The translations under genes and the position numbers were made by a program. A model generated the notes under the pieces. The model had not been told where the DNA came from. It saw only the letters and a program-made list of their open reading frames with translations, and searched no databases. From Octopus sinensis (taxonomy: Eukaryota), in NCBI RefSeq assembly GCF_006345805.1, contig NC_042999.1:117118001-117182000 (forward strand): DNA of 64,000 nucleotides, read 5' to 3'. This document shows positions 1 through 12,096 of the stretch, piece after piece. The stretch's first letter is position 1. Each line of letters begins with the position of its first letter.

Positions 1-145
1 TTTAAATACTAAAGGGTTAAGCTAGTGATAGGAACATAAATTGTAACCAAGGTTTGGTGAGCGATTTTAATTCAGAACTTTTGAAGACATTTGTACTATA
101 GAGACAGAGGCGGTTTCAGGTGGGTTGGTATCAAAAGGGTTAAGA

Positions 146-2446
146 AAGCGAGCTGGCAGGGAAAATGCTAAGCGGCTTTTCATCTATCTTTATGTTCTGA
201 GTTCAAATTCTATCAAGGTTGACTACCTTTTTTTTTTTTTATCATTTTGGGGTTAAATAAAATAAGTACCAGTTGAGGACTGGAGTTGTTGTAATCAACT
301 TACCCACTTCCTCGAAATTGCTGGCCTCGTGCCAAAAGTTGAAACTAATATTTAGTATTTAGGCTTTGAGGGTTCAAATTCCAGCAGAGTTGATTCGGTT
401 TTTTTTTTCTTCTTTTTAAGTAAATAAATGAAGAAAATCAAAATCAATATGATCAGCTGCATCCCCTCCTCTCCCACAAAATTTGTGGCCTTATACCTTT
501 GTTAGAAGTCATTATTGTTCATTGATTTAGTAGACATCTGTTTTTTTTTTTCAGCAGACATGTTACTGAGCAATGGATTTTTTATTTTTTTTCATTCTAA
601 AAGGTTTATTGGCTCTGCCACAACAATAACACTGAATAAATGAATAAGAAAATAATCAAGATATATTTAAACAAGATGTCTATTTATAGCCCACAGCTAT
701 GTTGAACAACAACAACAAATGAAATAAAATTATTTATGAATTCACAATGCATAGAGTTTTGGAAATTTCCACAAGAAAATTCTAGATTTCATCTTATTTG
801 AAAGACATATTATCATTTGTCTGAATGAATGTATTAATCACAGGTAAATGCTATTCTTGGCAGCAGCAATAATAATTATTAGTTATTATTATAATAATTA
901 TATTGTCATTATTAGTATTACTGAATTGTTAGCATGCCAGACAAACATGCTTAGTGGCATTTTTTCCACTTTTATGTTTTGAGTTCAAATGCCACTGAGG
1001 TCGATTTTGCCTTTCATCCTTTTGGGGTAACCCCCCCCCCCCAAAAAAAAACAAGCACTGGGATTGATGTAATAAGCCATACCCTCCCACTACATTTCAG
1101 GTTTTGTGTCTAGAGTAGAAAGAATTAAGGCAACAAGCTGACAGAATTATTAGCATGCCAGACAAAATGCTTAGCAGCATTTCGCCTGACTTCATGTTCT
1201 GAGTTCAAATTCCACTTAGGTCAACTTTGCTTTCATCATTTTGGAGTATATAATGTAAATACCAGTTGAGCAATGGCATTGATATAATCAACTTACCCAT
1301 ACTCCAAACCTACTGGCCTTATGCCAAAATTTTAAACTATTTTAAATCATTATTATTACTATCAAAGTGGCAAGCTGGCACACTGTTAAAATACCAGGCA
1401 AAATGCTTAGCAATATTTCATTTGTCCTTACATTCTGAGTTCAATTCCACTGAAGTCAATTTTGCTTTTCATCTTTCCGGGATCAATAAAATATGTGCCA
1501 ACTGAGCACTGGGGTTGATGCAATCGATTAAACTTCTTCCCCAAAATTGCTGGACATGTGCCAAAATTAGGAACCATCATTATTATTATCAAGGCAGTGA
1601 GCTGGCAGAATCATTAGCACACTGGGTGATATACTTAGTGGAATTTTGTCTATCCTTATGTTCTGAGTTCAAATTCCGCTGAGGTCAACTTTCATCCTTT
1701 TGGGGTTGATGAAATAAGTACCAGTTACACACTGGGATCGATGAAATCAACTATCCCTCTCCCCCAAATTTCAGGCCTTGTGCCTATAGTAGAAAGGATT
1801 ACTACTACTACTAAATCATTAGCATGTCAGCAAAATGCTTAGCAACAGTTTGTTTCCATTTTCATGTTCTGAGTTCAAATGCTGCTGAGGTCAGCTTTAC
1901 CTTTCATGTTTTCAGGACTGATAAAATAAAGTACCAGTTGTGAGATGGGGTTGATGTAATAAACTTTTCTCCCTCCCCACTAAAATCACTGGCCTTGTAC
2001 AAAAATTTGAAACTATTATTATTATTGACAAGCTGGTGGAATTGTTTGCAAGTCAGACAAAAATGTTCAACAGCATTTCTTTTGACTTGGAGTGTAGAAC
2101 ACTCCAAGTTCAAATATCACTGAGGTAGACTTAGCTTATCATTTTTTCAAGATCAATAAGAAGCAGTTGAGCACTTGGGTCAATGTAATCAACTTCCTCT
2201 ACTCTCAAAACTGCTGGCCTTATGCCGAAAATTTGTATTATCATTATTAAGGCAATGAGTGAGCAGAAATGCTTAGTGGTATTTTGACCGCCTTTACATT
2301 CCGAGTTCAAATTCCACTGAAGTCAATTTTTCCCTTCATCCTATCAGGGTCAATGAATTAAGTACCAGTGAAACACAAGGGTCGATGTAATCAACTAGTA
2401 CCCTTCCTCAAAATTTCAGGCCTTGTGCCTTTAGTAGAAAGGATTA
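146..2446 (+). mobile_element. Cluster of ~9 same-orientation ~200-bp tRNA-derived SINE copies (7 directly head-to-tail, 920-2446)
   Basis: Recurring unit aaggc..gagctggcagaatc.ttagca..aaatgcttagc..gttctgagttcaaattcc.ctgaggtc.actttgcctttcatcctttt.gggt.gataaa.taagtaccag, with a B-box-like GAGTTCAAATTCC and (att)n tails. Copies start near 146, 361, 920, 1128, 1364, 1591, 1813, 2027 and 2249. Confidence 0.85.
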
Positions 2447-3379
2447 TTATTATAATTATTATTATTTTGTAATTACTTATTTATAGAACTTACAATTATG
2501 GTTTGAAATATAGAAATCTAAAGAAAATTTCAAAAAAATAATCAAAGAGGTTACAATGGGAGTGCCTATTCTGAAACTCAAACCTTTTCACATTTTGTTA
2601 AGACTTTTTATGGATAATTATAAAGGGTAATTTTTTTTTTCTTTTTTGAAATGCAGCCTGTCAGATGACATTTAACCAGAAAGTGGCTCTCCATAAAGTC
2701 CCTCCCCTCTGGCTTAATCAATAGAATCAATCCCAGTACATAGTTGGTATTTTATTTTATCAATTTCAAAATGAGGTGCACCCCGACACATCTTCTTCAT
2801 TATCTTTTCTCTCCCTCTCTCTCCTTTTCCAACGGAGGGTAGTTGTGTATCTCCTCTACTGTAACACACCCATTTGTATCCCTCTATCATAACCTTTCAT
2901 CACTTAGCACAAAGCCACCTCTCTCAATACAACTCAGTGGAGGGATTTTCTTTTGCAAGTTACTAGTAGTGGCCTTGTTGGTGCTGGTGGAACCACATAA
3001 GATGCACCCAGTAACCTCTGTAAAGTTGTTGGTATTAGGAGGAAAGGTATCCAGCCACAGAAATCTCACCAAAGCAGACAATAGAGCTCGATGCTGTTCT
3101 CTGACTTATCAGTTCCTGTCTAACTTTCCAACCCATGTGAGCAGGAAAGACAGACATAAAATGATTATTAAGAGCATTAAATAAAATGTTCTGTGATATT
3201 TAACTACATTCCTGTTCAAGTTCTGTTGTTGGCTCCACCTTTTAACCTTTTGAGGGGTAGTCAATAAAACAGAATACCAATGCAGAACTAAGTCAACTTA
3301 AGTGATTATACTGCAACTCCAAGGCTGAGACCCTGTGCCTATGTCAGAAATTATTAGCTTACTGTCTTATATTCACTGT

Positions 3380-3790
3380 TTGTTTAACACCAAGTCAGCT
3401 CTGGTCAAGCAGATCAATGAGCAAAGGCTTTCCAACTGTGATCACCTCATCATGTTTTCAAGTATAGGGTATCTACAATATGTCCAGTTCTTTTAGCTCA
3501 ATAGGATTTATTGTAATTTGAGGGTGATTTGGTTGCTATATTTAGCAGGTTGAACAACTACACAGAGGCTACATCAATGGCTTGTTTTACATCTGATGTC
3601 ATTATTTAACCCTATGTTGGCACTGATTGAGTAGACCAATGAAAGGCATCTAACCATCATTTCTTTCAGCAAAAGTGTACCTCCAATTTCATTATTCTAT
3701 GTGTCTCATTTTAAGACAGAAAGGTGTGGTTGAGGGAGATTTGATTATTATTTTTAGCATATTAAGTCGCCACCTAGAGTTTAGTTTTGC
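3380..3790. repeat. Unclassified interspersed repeat, two adjacent copies
   Basis: Shared core tgatttgaggg.gatttggttgctatt..tagcagg. Related copies at ~12655, 18420-18615, 37855, 55830-56035 and 60015-60212. Confidence 0.6.
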
Positions 3791-4467
3791 AAGGGTAACA
3801 TGAGTTTAAAGGGTTTTGCAACTTCAGCATTTCTTATGTGTGTGTACAAATGCATGCAAATGTTAAAATTACACAGCTTCACTTGTCATCCGAGCAAAAC
3901 AGTGATATGTTGTTTACATCCTTTGTGAACATTTCAACTGGGCATTCTCTGTGTCTGGATACCGGTGAAGAAGGAAAAAAATCTTGTTGCCAACTCTTAG
4001 CTAATTTTAAGAAATTATTGAAAGCAAACATTTTAATAACAAGATAAAATAGTAACAGTCATTCTAGATATAACAAGGGATAGTTGAAAAAAAAAAAAAG
4101 AACCAAGCTATATATATATATAATGTATAAAAGAGAGTTTATATGTGTGTGTGCATGTATGTTCCTTACACATTCGGAAACGGAGTTGCCGATTTTGACG
4201 TAAGGGGTATCAAAAGATTTGGTAATCTTTCAGCAACCAAATAAACTTTATTTTCATTTACATATTTTCTACATTATCTCAACAACCAGCTATAGTTATT
4301 TGAAAGAAACTGCTCTACGATGACCAGATTTCATCAGAAAGTGAAAATAGTGTAACACTTTCAATATGAACCAAGATTACAAAGTGATGATGTGTGAATA
4401 ATGAAAGTAATGTTTCTCCAAATTAATCACATCTGTACTATAATAAAGAAAGCTGCTTATCTATATA

Positions 4468-5403
4468 TAATAGGTCATCCCATAAGTAATGCGGTTTTTT
4501 CAGTTGCATGAACTAAAAGTCGGAGAGGGACAGGATAAACTTCCTGCATCAACTTACTATAAAAGTAGGCAATAACTTTACCTCATCCTTATTCTTAGTA
4601 CAAGTTTTAAAGAGTGCAGTTCAATTTTAACAGTTATTTTTTCAAAGCTATAATAGAAGTGACAAAGAAGCATATTCGGCATATTTTGCTTCGTGAGTTC
4701 AATAAAGGCAACAATGCAATAGAAAGTGTGAGGAATATTAATGCAGTATGTGGGGATCAGACAATAAGTGTAAGCCAGTCTTAAATGTAGTTCCAGAAAT
4801 TCCAAGCCAGAAACTACAACCTAGAAGACAAGCCTCATCCTGGAAGACCTGTAGAGCTCAACAAGGACGTCCTGCAAACCCTGGTGGAACAAAATCCCAT
4901 TGAAACTGTCAAGAAACTAGCAGTGAAGCTTGGATTTGGTCATTCAACCAGTCATTCAAGTCAGCACTAGAAGAAGAACAACCATCTTTGGTTTCAAGAC
5001 AAAAGGTGTTCTTCCATCAGGATAATGCTTGGCCACATACAGCAAGGATGACGTTTCAAAGGCTGGAGCAGTTTGAATGGGAAATAATGTCTCACCAACC
5101 ATATTTGCCAGACATTGCTCCATCTGATTATCATTTATTCTGCAGTCTTCAAAATCATTTGGATGGAAAAAATATGAATTCTATAGACGAGGTCAGAACA
5201 GTAGTGGAGGAGCATTTTTCGTAATGGACAAGTGAATTTTGGAAGAGGGGCCTTGCAAGTCTACCAGATAGATGGAAGTGTATTGTAGAAAATGAAGGTG
5301 AGTATATTTTAGATTTAAAAAGAACTGTGATTATCTTAATTTTGAAAGATAAAAGACATATATATATATAAAAAAAACACATTATTTATGGGATGGCCCA
5401 ATA
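4468..5403 (+). mobile_element. Internally deleted, degenerate mariner transposon
   Basis: Imperfect TIRs taataggtcatcccataagtaatgcgg / cacattatttatgggatggcccaata. Transposase remnants HQDNAWPH and PYLPDIAPSDYHLF (4988-5224). Confidence 0.85.
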
Positions 5404-5511
5404 TAAAGACGATCAAATAAACGATGCTTTTGGCATGAAGGGATGGTTTCATCCAAGGACATACTGGTTCAATACCTAGTATTTTGGAGGAATTAATTTC
5501 CTTAAAATAAT

Positions 5512-5571
<60 letters not shown>

Positions 5572-5574
5572 ATA

Positions 5575-5945
5575 TAAAAGAAGAAAAAGAAAATGGCGAT
5601 TGGGAAGTTAATTGTTTATTATCAACAGCAAATAAATCATTTCCACTTACATCTGTTTCAATTAATACTCAGTATTAAATTTGTATGACCTGAGCATAAT
5701 ATCTTCAGAGGGAAAAAAATATACCCTGGATATTTTATTCATTATAGCAGACTGAATGTTACGAATCCATAAACACATAAAATATCCAAGGGAATATTTT
5801 TTCTCTGAAGATATTATGTTCAGATCATATAAATATAAATTTAATATTTACTGAGTATTAATTGGAACAGTTGTAAGTAAAGATGATTAATATGCTATTA
5901 ATAGTAAATAATTATTAACTTCACAATCTCCATTTTCTTCTTTTA
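5575..5945. mobile_element. Diverged fold-back element with a hammerhead-like motif in each arm (Penelope-type pLTR-like)
   Basis: Arms ~5575-5738 and ~5778-5945 are imperfect reverse complements and directly follow a (TA)n tract. Minus 5712-5643 reads CTGAAGA-stem II-GAAAC agat GTA. Plus 5805-5875 reads CTGAAGA..GGAAC agtt GTA. Confidence 0.65.
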
Positions 5946-5979
5946 CATATGTATGTGTGAGGTGTGTGTGTGTGTGTGT

Positions 5980-6310
5980 AGGCATGGCTGAGGGGTAAGA
6001 AGCTTGCTTCCCAACCACATGGTTTGGGGTTCAATCCTACTGCATGGCACTTGAGCCAACCAATGCCTTGTGAGTGGATTTGGTAGATGGAAACTGAAAG
6101 ATGTGTGTGTGTGTGCTTGTCCGCCACCACCACTTGACAGCTGGTGTGCTTATGTCCCCATAACTTAGTAGTTCAGCAAAAAGCAACCTATAGAATAAGT
6201 AACAGATTTTAAGAATATGAATAAATACTGGGGTCAATTCATTCGACTAAAAAATTCCCCAAGGTAATGCCCCAGCTTGTCCACAATCTAATGACTGAAT
6301 CAAGTAATAT
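5980..6310 (+). mobile_element. tRNA-derived SINE, second family (aggc.tggctgtgtggtaag head)
   Basis: A/B-box-like head, conserved aaagccttgtgagtggatttggtaga.ggaaactgaaaga, and an internal (TG)n. Other copies at 21867-22240(+), 23586-24385(-), 39465-39620(+), 42900-43110(-), 46310-46715(-), 50420-50540(+) and 61730-61980(-). Confidence 0.8.
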
Positions 6311-9300
6311 ATATATATATCAGTGGGCTGATAGTTAATTCTCTTGTAATTCCTCATACATCACAATTCATTTGTTTTTATCAAAGACAACAGTAAACCA
6401 AACATTCTGATGACTGAAGGTTTTATAGTTTCATCTTCAATCTACTTTTAATCCACGTTAATCTATAGTGCACGTGCACTGATCATTGCCTGAAGTTGGG
6501 ATTGAACCTCTGTCACATACTAGGTGCCCAGAACTTCCTACTACACCTTGAAATCCAACATGTCCAAGTATTACAGATTTGTAAAAGATTTCAAATAAAG
6601 CATCATAGCAAATTTAGTCTCTGACTAAGGAAAGTTTACACTGTCAACTGCAAATATGCAGTACAACATGTCGGTTCAACATGAAATATCATCTGTATTA
6701 ATTGATTCCATGGTATAAGAATGAGCTAGCATGGTAACTATTACAGTCATTGTAGTTTTTCAATCAATAGACCACATTTTAAATCAAATAGTAAAATCGC
6801 ATGCTCTACATGAACAGGGTAAACTTAACAAAACCAAACTCATAACAAGCTAATAAAGGAGTTTCTATCCAGTCATAAAATTAATTAGGCAAACAAAAAC
6901 TATCTTAATACATTTTTCATTGTAAAAGTGCTCCAATGGGGCCGTAGTTAAAAAAGACACACATAGAAAACAAGAGTGAACTGGTCTGAATTTTAATTCT
7001 ATCTTCACGGTTTGAATCCATATGATAGGGGGCTAAAAATGAGGCAGAGCCTGTTGTGACAGGTGATTTAATGGGTTGGAGGTCCTTTATAATCAGAAAT
7101 TGAGTGGGGAAATGTGTTTATTTTTCACCGAAGTTGAACAAACTAAATAGCAACTCTTGCTTAACGGATACAACCCAACGGTTGTATTAAGAGAAATAAA
7201 GTCTTTTATTATAATATTTGGTTATCAACAATTAAATGATGATCAAGTGTCCCTTTGAGAATATGTCTTTCTTTTTGTGCCCTTCGCAGTACAAAAACAA
7301 TCAAGAATTTACCTAATAAGGAATAATCTCTATTTTAAAATTAATCAACACAACACAAAGTGAAAAATACCTAAAACCTTTGAGGTAAGGAGATAAAATT
7401 ATTTCGACAAAACTTTTAAATTCTAAATTACCTTCAAAGTTTCAAATGACCAATATCTATATAGGAATTCGGTAGATTTTGACATATGTAATTGAAATTA
7501 AAAATCAAAACAACAGAAATAAGTATAACACCAAGTAGCTTATCTAAAACTTGCAAGGGACGGGTTAATTCAGAAACTCTGCGAACTAAGATTAAACTTT
7601 ATGGAGAAGACTATGCCGTCATTTTATTTTAGGTCTACAATAATCTAGGACAGTTCAACATGCCCTTCCATTTATATGACTGTAAGAAGGGGGTGTGTGA
7701 ATTGGCTCGTTTCAATCCACGATAACACCTGGCAACTGGTTTGTATGGGAGAAAAAGTAAAGGAAAATATTAGAACACTGTTGAACTAGTTTTACGTTGT
7801 TTATATTTACCTCCAATTTCTCAATGGTAATCAGCAATACATTCAAGTAAAAAGTTACGAAGTCAAATCACTCATCCATTTCAGTGAAACTATTCGGAAC
7901 GTAGAGTTAGGTTTGGGACAGACCATGCAACGAATAGTAAACATCCGGTCAACCAAAATAGTGTTAAGATAAACGGGAAATCCTTCAAACAAGTGGGTTT
8001 AAAAGAAAAGGGGATGAACACTGCGTGATGTGACGGATATGCTTAGATAGTAAAAGCAAATTTTCTTTTTCAAAAGAAAGAAAAAGAAAATTTGCTAACT
8101 TATTTGTAAAATTGGTTAGTTCCAAAACTTACGAGTAATTTTCGCGAACAGAAAATTCTATTTTAAAATTTTAATATATTTCGTAGAAACTATATAAATC
8201 TACATCAGATTGTATGGAAGTTGTATTAGATCACAAGAACTAAACCCACCCCAATTTAGAAGACCTAACTAGCTTAGTGATGTTACTAGAAATAAAGTGT
8301 CACACACACACAAAAAGAACTGACAATTTTCTCAGTCACTAGTTTTAATTTATTCACAAATCAATGCAGTTATATTTGTTGGTTAAAACTTGATTGTTTT
8401 GCAAGCTACGTTGCTATGTAAGTAATATAACGATATCCCAACCAAGACTGAAATAATGTCAACAGACAATACAATACTCTCACACCACTTATAACCGATT
8501 TCAAATTTGTTTAACATTTCAAAACATCGCAATAACCTTAATTAGTTAGAGAAAACAGGATATTTCAACATTTAGATTCATACAGTAATTCTATAGAATT
8601 TGCTATTTCTAAATTCACACTATACTTGGAATACGTAATAAACAACATTCATTTTGACGAGTAGGCTTTGAATTAGCTGGAATATATCAAGGCCTACGAC
8701 ATACACAGCTGTGTGATGGCTTCAGGGAGGTTTCACCCAATTAATTTAAAACCATGTACCCCTCCCTCCAATACGTGGAAATATATAACTAAAACATTCG
8801 AAAGGTTACATCAGAATATCTGATGACTCAAAAAATAAAAAAATAATAATAATACGAAAACAAATTTGAACAAAATTGAAAATAAAAATTACTCTACAAA
8901 AATCAAAACAAGATGCCCCAATGTTTATATAAGTTAGTTTACATACAAACATAGTTTACATACATATATACCATATTATCATACAGATTAAAGGGTGTAG
9001 ATCAACGGTAGGTTATTGTTATGATACACCATTCAAGTTGGGACTGAGGAAAATAACAGAACAAAATGAAAATAGACCGCGGACTACTAGCACCAACAGT
9101 GTTGTATTAGTAAGGAGGAGTACAGAAGTTTAGAAACCCTGACTGATACTGAAAGGGGTGGGAGAATATATAAAACGGTTGCTGTGTATCTTAAAGTGAT
9201 AATAGTAAGTCTAATTCCACAACTTCGGGTGGGTGGTCAATAAGAAGAAAAAAAATCTTACCTGTCCAAGCATCCCAGCCCACCACCTCCCGTAAACAGT

Positions 9301-9319
9301 AGTCAATAACTAAACTTAC

Positions 9320-9471
9320 CTGTCATCACAGATGCTAATCACCCCATCTTCGTGGGGAATAAATACAGCCATGTTGACATTATCACTGTAACCTTCCAAT
9401 TTGTTAACCAAAACGGGTTTTCGTACATTTCCTTGCTTACCAAGACTAACGGGCTTAATTTCAGCAGCCAT
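9320..9471 (-). CDS. WDFY2: First coding exon of WD repeat and FYVE domain-containing protein (WDFY1/WDFY2 family); no further exons found in the window
   Basis: Translates MAAEIKPVSLGKQGNVRKPVLVNKLEGYSDNVNMAVFIPHEDGVISICDD(R), matching the recalled WDFY2 N-terminus MAAEI..RKP.L...EG....VNMAV..P.E.GVIS...DR. Ends at a phase-2 donor GACAG|gtaagt. Missed by the ORF track. Confidence 0.9.
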
Positions 9472-9481
9472 GTTATAGGTT

Positions 9482-10320
9482 TATCACGTGATACCTGAGT
9501 ACCAGTTAAATAGCGAGCGAGTGATAAATAAAGAGAGACAGAGAGAGAAAAAAAGAGACAGACAGAAAGAGAGATAGAGAGAGGACGGATAAATAGAAAG
9601 GCAGAGAAAGTGATACACAAAAAGGGAAAGACAAAGAGATTGAAAAATAAACAGAAACACAGACAGACAGATGACAGAGACAGCCAGAGAACGAGCACAC
9701 TCCTTTGATTACTAACTACTGTTATCTCCTTTCTTCTTTCTATTTAAGTATCTCATACATTCACAGACACTGTCTGATTGGATGTTGATGCATTTCGTAT
9801 ACGCTACAACCAATTTTGCTTTTGTCAGATTGCCCTATGGTTCTTATCTAACTTTATAATTATCACTGGATTGTATTAAATTAAATATTACTAAATTTTC
9901 TAAATTTAGTTCCCCTCCACAAAGCTTTATTTTTTTTTTCGCCTTCCATACTTCCGAGGCATATACTGGAGACGATTTAAACAAGGATATCCTTCCTCCA
10001 AATAGATTAATGGTCTTGAGTCAATGTGAGAAATATTTATTATGTCGTTCGTCGTGATTACTGTGTTTTTGTCTGCGATTGAAACTGGCGATCCGGTTTC
10101 GATACTTGATTAAAACGAATTTATTTACGCCACAATTACATTCATGAGGAGAAAATCATTAATGTCACAACATCTCATTTTTCATACATTCGAGCTTCCC
10201 AGTGTTTATCAAAAGACAATTATTATTCGAATATACAACAGTGAAAATATTGACTCCTAAACAACCTAACACTTGATACAACTCAATAAAATGGCTACGT
10301 TTTATTTACTTCCGGGATAC
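9482..10320. promoter_or_regulatory. Putative 5' UTR / promoter region of the WDFY gene
   Basis: Palindromic E-box TATCACGTGATA (9482-9493), GA/CT tract (9530-9695), CCAAT-like boxes (~9776, ~9810), locally higher CpG, and YY1-like AAAATGGC plus ETS-like ACTTCCGG near 10288-10316. Confidence 0.45.
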
Positions 10321-11659
10321 TGGGTTTCACTTATAGCTGATAATGTCTTTATCTTTTAGCTCTTGTTATTGCAGTATTTTTATTGGTTTCTGTTGTTCTT
10401 TGTTGTTGTTGTTTTAGTAAACAACGTTGTATTCTAAATGTAAATATTTAACATTACAACAAAATGTTACATTTTAAGGTAGAACAGGAATGGGCTGTTG
10501 TGATGTTTATGCACGCCCCCCCTCCCCAAATCAGCACTATAAATGATGGAAATGGAGACGACTATTGCACCAAGTCATCTATTATTTAATTCTTCTTCTA
10601 CTTCTTCTTCTTAGATGATATCATCACAGCTGAAACAGAAATCACTCATATGGCTAAGGTATCTAAGAAATACATTGTATTTCTTAATGTAAATTTAGGA
10701 GTTTGTTCCTATATAAACCATTGGATCTTGGATATTATAAGAATTGGAAAATTGTGATGTTTCTGCATGTTCTGGTACAATGGAGGGTAGATCTAGTGAG
10801 ATAGTTACTCAGAGACATCTTGGTCCTGGTGAACTATTAATGGTCGATAACAAAGTTTTAGTGATCTACAACTAGCTTTATAAGATCAATGAAATCACTC
10901 GTTTCAATTTCAAAATTTATAGAAAAGGCAGTCTAAAATCAAAGTTAATTAAAAGTAAATTTATGTACATCAAATTATACAATGCATAATCAATTTCTTT
11001 ATTTAAAATATGTCCTACTGTGTAATGTACAGTAAATTTACAGTTGGTAGTCCATGAAGTTTTCTACCAGAATTTTGAGGACTTCTTTCTGAAAAAAATG
11101 TAATATCATTGGTGTAAATGTTAGGAGCTGAGACAAGTGAAAGTATGTGGTGTACAAGAAGTTGTGTAATTCCAGATAAGCCCAGATTGAACAGACCTAT
11201 GGCAGACCTGTTATGTTAGAAAGTGTTAATGATAAATTCCTGTGGAGAAAAAAAAAATCTGTCATTCTGTGGAAAAGGGATAGTAAAAGTGTGTGTGTGT
11301 GCAATAGAGAGAGAGATGGGGGAAGGAGGGATTCAAATAAATGCTAGTGGTACAAGCATACTTTCATTCATACACACATACAAGCACTCTTGGTACACAC
11401 ACAGATGACAATTAGTTGTATGTATGAAAGTGTGGTGTGTATGTGTGCATGCCATTAATGTTCAAATGTGTGCATCTATCAGTAATGTTTGACTTTCTCT
11501 CCCCCTATTCGACAGATGATTTAATGTATGCATCTTAGAACAAGTCATTGTTGTGAAGATTGAATATCTATCTATTCTAATAGAGGCAGATTAATAACCA
11601 TGTTTCTTACTTCCTTTATGAAATGTGTGTAAGGGGATGTCTTGGATACAGAATTTTTC

Positions 11660-12096
11660 CAACTGTTCGAGCGTGATCGTTGCCGGGACTGCTGACTGGC
11701 TCCTGTGCTGGTGGCACGTAAAATGCACCATTTGAGCATGATCATTGGCAGCGTCACCTGACTGGCTCCTGTGTTGGTGGCACGTAAAAAAAGACCCATT
11801 TGAGTGTGGTCATTGCCAGTGCTGCCGGACTGGCTCCCATGCAGGTGGCATGTAAAAAGCACCATTTGAGCATGGTCGATGCCAGTACCACCTGATTGGC
11901 CCTCATACTGATGGCGTGTAAAAGCACCCACTACACTCTTGGAGTGGTTGGCGTTAGGAAGGGCATCCAGCTGTAGAAACTTTGCCAGATCAGATTGGAA
12001 CTTGGTGCAGCCTTCTGGCTTGCCAGCCCTCAGTCAAACCATCCAACCCATGCCAGCATGGAAAGCAGATGTTAAACAATAATGATGATGATGATC
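11660..12096 (+). mobile_element. RTE LINE 3' UTR fragment with ~4-5 tandem modules and (gat)n tail
   Basis: Same sequence as the 3' UTR of the RTE at 34292-34880 (GGTGGCACGTAAAAAGCACC modules; gagtggttggcgttaggaagggcatccagc; ttaaac.atgatgatg). Confidence 0.85.

Noticed and set aside
1-9255. WDFY exon 2 (expected ..VWLKRDSGQYWPS..)
   Set aside because: Not found on the minus strand; it probably lies left of the window.
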